From: Candidatus Pacebacteria bacterium CG2_30_36_39
GTDB lineage: Bacteria; Patescibacteriota; Microgenomatia; UBA1400; PJMF01
Reading direction: 5' to 3'
Assembly: GCA_001873435.1 (NCBI GenBank)
Contig: MNZB01000004.1
Location: 158,980-222,979 of the forward strand
Length of the DNA stretch: 64,000 bases
Notes under the pieces: model-generated
What the model was told of the DNA's origin: nothing
Database searches by the model: none
Seen by the model: only the letters and a program-made list of their open reading frames with translations
Shown here: positions 57,455-64,000 of the stretch, in pieces
Position numbering within the stretch: the first letter of the stretch is position 1
Layout of the letters: each line of letters starts with the position of its first letter
Program-made: the position numbers and the translations under genes

Positions 57455-57661
57455 CTATGGCCTCCTGTCCGTGCCCCAAATACCCATAAAACAAAAGATC
57501 TTCATGGGATATTCCTCGTCCAGGCAAGCCTGGTTGAGTTCGGTGCGAGGATCTGAACTTGTGGAAGGGCTACTGCTATTTGAACAAGCAGGAAGCACAA
57601 ACAACGAGAGCAGGAGAACAATAACAAGGAGCAGTTGTGCTCCACGACTCATCTTAGTCAT
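57455..57661 (-). CDS. small putative lipoprotein (elevated GC)
   Basis: MSRGAQLLLVIVLLLSLFVLPAC lipobox-type signal, Ser-rich mature N-terminus. 65-68 aa depending on start. Confidence 0.45.
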   Translation of the reverse strand: MTKMSRGAQLLLVIVLLLSLFVLPACSNSSSPSTSSDPRTELNQACLDEEYPMKIFCFMGIWGTDRRP

Positions 57662-57840
57662 GAGTTTTACTAAGCCTCTACTTTCTTGAGATAAGTTAAT
57701 GCGCGAGTACCTGAAAAGTTCATCTTATTGGACAACCGCGTCGGCCATCCAAGAAAACTAGACAACTACTCACATCAAGTAATATAGCACAATAACTAAT
57801 AATTTGCAATACTATAGGATAATAAATATTAAAATAAACA

Positions 57841-57876
57841 AAAAAAGACCTCACTCCAGAAATGAAATGAGGTCTC
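57841..57876 (-). terminator. rho-independent terminator downstream of groEL
   Basis: agacctca...tgaggtct 8-bp stem, T-run on the minus strand. Confidence 0.65.
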
Positions 57877-57895
57877 TCAAAATTACTTTCAAAAA

Positions 57896-59515
57896 CTACA
57901 TCATACCTGGCATACCACCACCTGGCATAACTGGTTCATCCTTCTTTGGCAAATCAGTAACCAAACACTCAGTAGTCAAAATCATTGATGCCACAGAAGC
58001 AGCATTTTCCAACGAAGAAATAGCTACCTTTGCAGGCTCAATAACACCAGCCTTAACCAAATCCTCAAACTCATTAGTCACGGCATTAAAACCCCAAGTA
58101 TCACTATTCTTAGCCAACACCTGACCAACTACCCAACCGGCATCTTCACCAGAATTGGTAGCCAACATACGCAAAGGCTCTTGCAACACCGAACTAATCA
58201 AATCAACTCCGGTCTTTTCATCTTCACTAGAAGTCTTAATTTCTTTTAAAACCTTAATAGTACGAAGCAAAGTCACGCCACCACCTGGAATGATACCGTC
58301 TTCAATAGCAGCCTTAGTTGCTTCTTTGGCATCCTTAACTCTCTCCTGAAGATTCTTCATCTCAATCTCTGTGCTTGCACCAACCTGAATCACTGCAACA
58401 CCACCAGTTAAACGAGCCCTGCGTTCTTGAAGCTTCTCAATATCAAACTCAGAAGTGGAAGCCTTTATCTCTGCCAAAATTTGAGCTACACGAGCATTAA
58501 TATCATTCTTGGTACCCTTACCACCCACAATACGAGTGGAATCTTTGGTACACCTAACACTATCTGCTCTACCCAAAGACTCAATAGTAATATCTTTGAG
58601 AGCTCTACCGGTTTCAGTACTAACGAAATCTGCTCCAGTCAAAACAGCAATATCTTGAAGCATAGCCTTACGACGATCACCAAAACCTGGTGCCTTAACT
58701 GGCAAAGCCTTGAAAGAACCACGAAGCTTATTTACTACCAAAGTAGTTAGAGCTTCACCCTCAATATCATCGGCAATCATTACCAAACCCTTGCCAGCAT
58801 TAACTACTTGCTCAAGAACTGGCAAAATCTCCTTAATATTAGTAATTTTCTGGTCAGTCACCAAAATAAATGGATCTTCAATTACTGCCTCCATATTTTC
58901 AGAATCAGTAACAAAATAAGGAGAAGCATAACCTTTATCAAACTCCATACCCTCTTTGTGTTGAATCTCTATTTCCATGGTCTTACCCTCTTCAACCTCA
59001 ACAACACCATCCTTACCCACCAACTTTAGAGCTTCGGCAATTTTCTTACCAATCTCTTCATTTTGAGCAGAAATAGTAGCTACCTTCTCCCAATCACTTT
59101 CAGTAACTGGCTTAGCAACTTTACGGATCTCATTAACCACAGCCTTAACAGCCTTATCAATACCACGCTTCATAATCATTGGATTAGCACCAGCAGTTAC
59201 ATATTTCATGCCTCTTTCACTAATTTTCCAAGCCAAAAGAGTTGCAGTAGTAGTACCATCGCCAGCTACATCATTAGTTTTAGAAGCAGCTTCTTTAACT
59301 AATTGAGCACCCATATTTTCAAATTTATCCTCAAGTTCAATTTCTTTTGCTACAGTTACACCATCATGGATAACGTTGGGAGCACCCCAAGCTCGATCTA
59401 AAGCCACATTGCGACCCTTAGGACCCAAAGTTGTAGTAACTGCTTGAGCCAATTGGGTAATACCAATTAACATTTTTTGTCTAGCATCACTGCCGAATAA
59501 AAGTTGTTTTGCCAT
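57896..59515 (-). CDS. groL: chaperonin GroEL
   Basis: [12 protein letters not shown]..., [12 protein letters not shown]-terminal GGGMPGMM. Confidence 0.95.
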   Translation of the reverse strand: MAKQLLFGSDARQKMLIGITQLAQAVTTTLGPKGRNVALDRAWGAPNVIHDGVTVAKEIELEDKFENMGAQLVKEAASKTNDVAGDGTTTATLLAWKISERGMKYVTAGANPMIMKRGIDKAVKAVVNEIRKVAKPVTESDWEKVATISAQNEEIGKKIAEALKLVGKDGVVEVEEGKTMEIEIQHKEGMEFDKGYASPYFVTDSENMEAVIEDPFILVTDQKITNIKEILPVLEQVVNAGKGLVMIADDIEGEALTTLVVNKLRGSFKALPVKAPGFGDRRKAMLQDIAVLTGADFVSTETGRALKDITIESLGRADSVRCTKDSTRIVGGKGTKNDINARVAQILAEIKASTSEFDIEKLQERRARLTGGVAVIQVGASTEIEMKNLQERVKDAKEATKAAIEDGIIPGGGVTLLRTIKVLKEIKTSSEDEKTGVDLISSVLQEPLRMLATNSGEDAGWVVGQVLAKNSDTWGFNAVTNEFEDLVKAGVIEPAKVAISSLENAASVASMILTTECLVTDLPKKDEPVMPGGGMPGMM

Positions 59516-59552
59516 AAAATAAATCCTTTCAAAAAAATAAAATCTATTTCAA

Positions 59553-59873
59553 TTATTTAATAATTGCCAAAATATCTTCATACTTAAGAAATTGATACTC
59601 AACATCATTCATAACCACTTCATTGCCACCCCATTTTTTATAAATCACAGAATCACCCTTTTTCACCTTAATTGATCCAGGTGAACAAGATTTTCCATCT
59701 TCACATTTGCAATCCAATAACTCTCCACAAGCCAAAACCTTACCATATTGAGGTTTTTCTGTCTCATTTTCTGGAAGAATAATTCCAGAGACAGTTTTTT
59801 CTTCAACCTTAGTTGGCTCCACCAAAACATATCCTGGCATTGGTTTAATTTGTGATAAAGAAAAATCTTTCAT
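59553..59873 (-). CDS. groS: co-chaperonin GroES
   Basis: IKPMPGYVLVE...SGIILPE...GKVLACG mobile-loop and roof motifs. Start may be an internal Met. Confidence 0.9.
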   Translation of the reverse strand: MKDFSLSQIKPMPGYVLVEPTKVEEKTVSGIILPENETEKPQYGKVLACGELLDCKCEDGKSCSPGSIKVKKGDSVIYKKWGGNEVVMNDVEYQFLKYEDILAIIK

Positions 59874-59968
59874 AAAACATTCCTTTTATCTTTTATATAC
59901 TTTTTAACAATAGCGACTGACTTATAACTGCTTTTCTTTATTTTTTCAAGCCAGCCTAATCAGTCAAA

Positions 59969-60006
59969 TTAGCAATTATAATAATCGACTGCTAAAAACT
60001 TGTCAA
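59969..60006 (-). promoter_or_regulatory. groES promoter (TTGACA-17-TATTAT) overlapping a CIRCE-like inverted repeat
   Basis: Minus-strand TTGACA at 60006-60001 and TATTAT at 59983-59978. TTAGCAGTC-N9-AATTGCTAA (plus 59969-59995) overlaps the -10 region. Confidence 0.55.
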
Positions 60007-60046
60007 CTACCTTACCTCAATAAAAAAACAAAATTGCATCAAACAA

Positions 60047-60691
60047 TTATTCTTTGGGGGCAGTTTGTTCAGAAACCTGATGATTTAAAGGTGGAACCTC
60101 TGATTGCAAGACTGTTTGCTCGCGACCACTTGCAGATTTAGATCTAACCTCTGAAAGCAAAAAACCTTCACAATTCAATCCTCTATCAGCAAAATGTTTA
60201 TTCAAATCATCACGGATAATGGCTTCAACTTGGGAACGATTATTCTTGATTTCATCAAGAGTATATTGACTCATTAAAGAAGAAATACGACTACGAGAAA
60301 AAGGTCTAACAACCTTAGAAACTACATTTTCACCAATATTTTCCCAAATTTCTGGAGCATTATGACGATCAATTCTAAAAAGCACAGAGCCTTCTACAGA
60401 AATATCTTTTCCGTCTTTGGTAGAAGTAAGAACTGGTTGATCTCCCAATGCCTCTTTATTAGCCGAAATATCAAAATGCTTATCAATAGAATACTCAAGG
60501 ACTTGAGCATTAAATAATTTGGCAACTTGCCAAAATGGAATCTTCAAATGGAGACCTGGACCCCAAACCTTGGGCAAAACACCTCGACCACGATCATAAA
60601 CACAAGCTACTTGGCCTGGTGGCACAGAAATAAAAAAGCCACCTACTACTTCATCTACAAAAAACGAAACAACTAGTCGATCAAATTCCAT
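60047..60691 (-). CDS. SPFH/band-7 domain protein (stomatin/prohibitin-like)
   Basis: PGQVACVYDRGRGVLPKVWGPGLHLKIPFWQ and following region resemble the SPFH core. N-terminal hydrophobic segment. Confidence 0.65.
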   Translation of the reverse strand: MEFDRLVVSFFVDEVVGGFFISVPPGQVACVYDRGRGVLPKVWGPGLHLKIPFWQVAKLFNAQVLEYSIDKHFDISANKEALGDQPVLTSTKDGKDISVEGSVLFRIDRHNAPEIWENIGENVVSKVVRPFSRSRISSLMSQYTLDEIKNNRSQVEAIIRDDLNKHFADRGLNCEGFLLSEVRSKSASGREQTVLQSEVPPLNHQVSEQTAPKE

Positions 60692-60733
60692 AGAATACTA
60701 TTCTACCCTAAAAAATCATTCTTGGGAAAAGAA

Positions 60734-61111
60734 TTATGCATCCAAACCATCATCACCAGATACAATTGCTTGAAAAAGACCAAGCGTCTCCCTAAGTTGG
60801 GTCATAACTTCTACTGACAAACGCACAGTCTCACTATCCATTTTTACACCATCCAACTGAACTAAAGAATCATCTACAAAATCCTCAGCCATACCAGTTA
60901 CAAACTCTTCATTCTCCCTCAACCATTCTTTTTGCTCATTTCTGCCCCTAGCAGAAAGCTGTTGCAAAATCTTTGAGATTTCTTGAATTTCTTTTTGGCG
61001 ACGATATAGATCAAAACGAACTTTCTCCCCTTGCTCATCATTTGAATCAGGATCAGAAAGCAGTTCATCCATAAAAACTTTAATATTACGTTTTCTTGGC
61101 ATGCGGCGCAA
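60734..61111 (-). CDS. hypothetical protein
   Basis: 125-aa acidic ORF upstream of and co-oriented with the SPFH gene. Confidence 0.35.
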   Translation of the reverse strand: MRRMPRKRNIKVFMDELLSDPDSNDEQGEKVRFDLYRRQKEIQEISKILQQLSARGRNEQKEWLRENEEFVTGMAEDFVDDSLVQLDGVKMDSETVRLSVEVMTQLRETLGLFQAIVSGDDGLDA

Positions 61112-61174
61112 TTATACTGTAGTTTTTATAACAAGGGGATGAAATTTTAAAAACTGGTACAATATATACCTCTG

Positions 61175-62248
61175 GTGCAAATCATAAAATATAACCAAAC
61201 CAACCAAAAAGAAATCATTCCCGTAGTTTGCAAAACTCTAGCGGCAGGTGGTCTAGTGATTTATCCAACTGAAACAGTCTATGGAATTGGTGTTGATGCC
61301 ACCAACCCAATTGCCGTAGAAAAACTCTTAAAATACAAAAGCCGCCGAGAAGGAAAACCACTTTCAATCGCTGTAACCGATAAAAAAATGGCTCAAAAAT
61401 ATGTGGAATTCTCAAATCAAGCTGAGCAATTCTATGACCGCTTCCTACCAGGACCATACACCCTTGTTTCCAAAGGCAAACATTTAGTAGCCCCATTTGT
61501 AGAATCAGAATTTGGAACTCTAGGAATAAGAATTTCCAGCCATCCACTAATTTCAGAAATAGTAAAAACATTTGGCAAACCAATAACAGCCACATCCGCC
61601 AATGCCTCAGGTGAAAAAAGACCATATTCAATCCAGGACATCCTTGACCGTTTATCAGAAAAACAAAAAAAACTAATTAACCTAATCATCGATGCTGGAA
61701 CCCTTCCACCCAATGAACCATCAATAGTAATTGATACCACTCTCTCAACACCACTAACTGTTAGAGGACAACTAGATATCAGTAGATCTCAAACATTCAC
61801 AACCAACTCCAATCAAGAAACAAGAGATTTGGCTGGAAAACTCCTTTTAAAAAACTGGAACACCCTAAAAGAAAAAGGCCTAATCATCGGCCTAAATGGC
61901 GAATTAGGAACTGGTAAAACTGTTTTTACCCAAGGCATAGCCCAATTTTTGCAAATCAAAGAACAAATATCCTCACCAACCTATACCTACATGAACGAAT
62001 ATCACTTCAATCGACACAACATTGATGGTCAACTCCTTCACTTGGACGTTTGGAAAATTGATTCTAAAGAAATGTTTAACCTACTAGAAATACCAAAACT
62101 AATTAAACCAAACACCGTCGTAGTAATTGAATGGTGGCAACAAATTGCTAATTATTGGCCAACAAACTTACCAATTACTTTTACCATCAACCTTGAAGAA
62201 ACTGGTGAAAACTCCAGAAAAATTCTATTACAAGAAAACCAACAATAA
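61175..62248 (+). CDS. fusion of threonylcarbamoyl-AMP synthase TsaC/YrdC domain and TsaE (YjeE) P-loop ATPase
   Basis: N-terminal half: PTETVYGIGVDATNP...GKPLSIAV...ATSANASGE (YrdC/Sua5 fold). C-terminal half: GLNGELGTGKTVFTQGIAQFL...SPTYTYMNEY...LHLDVWKI (TsaE). Confidence 0.75.
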   Translation: MQIIKYNQTNQKEIIPVVCKTLAAGGLVIYPTETVYGIGVDATNPIAVEKLLKYKSRREGKPLSIAVTDKKMAQKYVEFSNQAEQFYDRFLPGPYTLVSKGKHLVAPFVESEFGTLGIRISSHPLISEIVKTFGKPITATSANASGEKRPYSIQDILDRLSEKQKKLINLIIDAGTLPPNEPSIVIDTTLSTPLTVRGQLDISRSQTFTTNSNQETRDLAGKLLLKNWNTLKEKGLIIGLNGELGTGKTVFTQGIAQFLQIKEQISSPTYTYMNEYHFNRHNIDGQLLHLDVWKIDSKEMFNLLEIPKLIKPNTVVVIEWWQQIANYWPTNLPITFTINLEETGENSRKILLQENQQ

Positions 62249-63330
62249 TGCCACACAACAACCCAATTATCTTAGCAATAGATACTTCATGCGATGAAAC
62301 ATCTATCGCTGTAACCCAGGGACAAAAAATCCTCAGCAATGCCATTGCTTCACAAATAGAATTACACAAACAATATGGTGGAGTTTTTCCAACAGTTGCC
62401 AAACAAGCACATAAAGACAATATCGAACCGACAATTAAAGCAGCACTTAAAAAAGCTAAAATTAAACTCTCAGAACTAACTGCCATTGCCGTAACACAAG
62501 GACCTGGATTAGCGCCTGCTTTAGAAATTGGTATTACTAAAGCCAAGGAATTAGGCCAACAACTAAAAATTCCTGTTCTACCAATAAACCATATTGAAGG
62601 CCATAGCATTTCTGTTTTAGCCCAACCAACTCCAAAAAATAAAAATTTTAAACCAATAAATCCTCAATTCCCAGTTCTAAGCATCATAGTTTCTGGAGGA
62701 CACACTGAATTCATTTTAATTAATAAAATTGGTTCCTATCAAAAACTAGGTTTTACCCTAGATGATGCGGCTGGAGAATGCTTGGATAAAGTAGGTCGTC
62801 TATTAGGGCTTGGATATCCAGCTGGCTCAGTTGTAGAAAAATTGGCAAAAAAAGGCAACGCAAAAGCATTTCCATTCCCATTACCCATGACCACTAGTAA
62901 CGATTTCAACCTAAGCTTCTCAGGCATAAAAACTCACTCAAAAAATGCAATTAAAAAACTAGAAACAGAAAAAAAACTAAATCCTAAAACAATCGCAGAC
63001 TTCTGTGCCTCCCTTCAATTTGGAGTTTTCAAGCATTTAACTTATAAACTAAAAAAATTACTAACAAAAATTGAAATTAAAGAAATCTGGTTGGGTGGTG
63101 GCGTAGCTGCCAATGTCTTATTACGTGCAAACTTAAGAAAAATAGCACAAAAAAAACAAATAAAATTCAGAGCTCCATACTCAAAAAAACTAACTGGTGA
63201 TAACGCAGCCATGATTGGTGTTGCAGCTCACTATTTATATCTAAGATCTTCAAAAAAAGAGTTAGAAACCTTGAAAAAAACTCCTATTGATCGCAAACCC
63301 CACTGGAGCATAGAAAACAATAGTATATAA
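62248..63330 (+). CDS. tsaD: tRNA N6-adenosine threonylcarbamoyltransferase TsaD (Kae1/YgjD)
   Basis: ILAIDTSCDETSIAV..., HIEGH metal site, SGGV...GGGVAAN. Start overlaps the upstream stop (TAATG). Confidence 0.9.
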   Translation: MPHNNPIILAIDTSCDETSIAVTQGQKILSNAIASQIELHKQYGGVFPTVAKQAHKDNIEPTIKAALKKAKIKLSELTAIAVTQGPGLAPALEIGITKAKELGQQLKIPVLPINHIEGHSISVLAQPTPKNKNFKPINPQFPVLSIIVSGGHTEFILINKIGSYQKLGFTLDDAAGECLDKVGRLLGLGYPAGSVVEKLAKKGNAKAFPFPLPMTTSNDFNLSFSGIKTHSKNAIKKLETEKKLNPKTIADFCASLQFGVFKHLTYKLKKLLTKIEIKEIWLGGGVAANVLLRANLRKIAQKKQIKFRAPYSKKLTGDNAAMIGVAAHYLYLRSSKKELETLKKTPIDRKPHWSIENNSI

Positions 63331-63352
63331 TCAAAATGTGTCAAATCTACAG

Positions 63353-64000
63353 GTGACACCTATAACCGGCCTGCCTCAAGTCGATGGTTGGTCTCAAGTC
63401 ATTTCCAATCCCTCTGGTTCCTTATTTTGCGTTTTAGGCGTTCAAGGCCAAAATGCCAATTCAGTTGGTAAAAACCTCAGCGAACTACTATTAAATAGTT
63501 CAGCCAATTCCAGCTCAGAACTCCATAACTTATTACTGGATTTACTGCAACGAGCTCGTGAAGAACTATGTCAAATCCAATGTGCTTGTTTGATTCTCAC
63601 CCCAGAAAAGAAAATTATTATTGCTGCTCAAAAAGGCTCCGTATTTCTTAAAAGACAAGAAAAGGTAGGAGAAATCTTAATTTCTGATGGATCTCTAGAA
63701 ATGATTGAGGGCAATTTTAAAAACGGAGACATATTTGCCCTAGTCACACAACAAGCTAAAGAAATATTTCCTCAACTAAAAAATTCTCTAATAGATGAAT
63801 CTGAAGTTATAGCAACAAAACTAGTAGCAGAACTTCAAGAGCAAACTGACTCATCTCTAACAGCCATAGCCTGGTTGGAGCAGGATAAAAATCAAGACCA
63901 TTATATTGAAAATCATACTCCAACTAAAAAAACACGCTTAAAACTAATTGGAATTATTCCAAGCCTCAACAAACTCAAAACACAAAATTCAATATTATTA
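63353..64000 (+). CDS. hypothetical protein, 3' end beyond window
   Basis: Open frame from GTG 63353 to the window edge (216 codons, checked manually). Weak, possibly degenerate PP2C-like pattern (LGVQGQ..., AAQKGSVFL..., SDGSLEM...GDIFALVT). Confidence 0.35.
   Translation, partial: MTPITGLPQVDGWSQVISNPSGSLFCVLGVQGQNANSVGKNLSELLLNSSANSSSELHNLLLDLLQRAREELCQIQCACLILTPEKKIIIAAQKGSVFLKRQEKVGEILISDGSLEMIEGNFKNGDIFALVTQQAKEIFPQLKNSLIDESEVIATKLVAELQEQTDSSLTAIAWLEQDKNQDHYIENHTPTKKTRLKLIGIIPSLNKLKTQNSILL

Overview
The window is AT-rich (roughly 35% GC by eye) and densely coding, mostly on the minus strand. Gene content suggests a small-genome bacterium, possibly of the candidate phyla radiation (Patescibacteria). 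That placement is inference from content only: a short IF-2, a minimal SufD, no zinc-finger DnaJ, several GT-C membrane glycosyltransferases, and a sortase-type sorting signal.

Recognisable housekeeping blocks are:
- pyrE (partial), ftsK, RNase J and a family-4 UDG
- a sugar-kinase / LOG / rpe-like / rpiB / DUF59 cluster
- a suf operon (sufCB, D-like, S, U) extended by YjjX, an FNR-type reductase and a ferredoxin
- two NUDIX genes, sodA, and a nusA-infB-rpsO-pnp cluster
- hrcA-grpE-dnaK and groES-groEL, each with a CIRCE-like inverted repeat
- GT4, a stand-alone 5'-3' exonuclease, a small K+ channel, ftsH and trpS
- a tyrosine recombinase, an RsmB-like methyltransferase, and a TsaC-TsaE fusion followed by TsaD
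- two divergent tRNA genes with CAT anticodons

Parts that stand out:
- A roughly 2 kb high-GC island (31.2-33.2 kb) carrying a TPM-domain / LemA gene pair. It has its own consensus sigma70 promoter, a structured leader and a terminator.
- A Lon-derived AAA+ ATPase that lacks both the N-terminal and the protease domain, followed by three low-complexity proteins.
- A 549-aa protein with a CX3CX2C (radical-SAM-like) motif, convergent with two tandem orphan receiver-domain genes and a PNPOx-like gene.
- Several lipoprotein or small genes with elevated GC and structured leaders.
- A membrane-anchored HNH nuclease.
- A PNPase with an RGG-repeat tail.

No CRISPR array, rRNA or clear mobile element was found.
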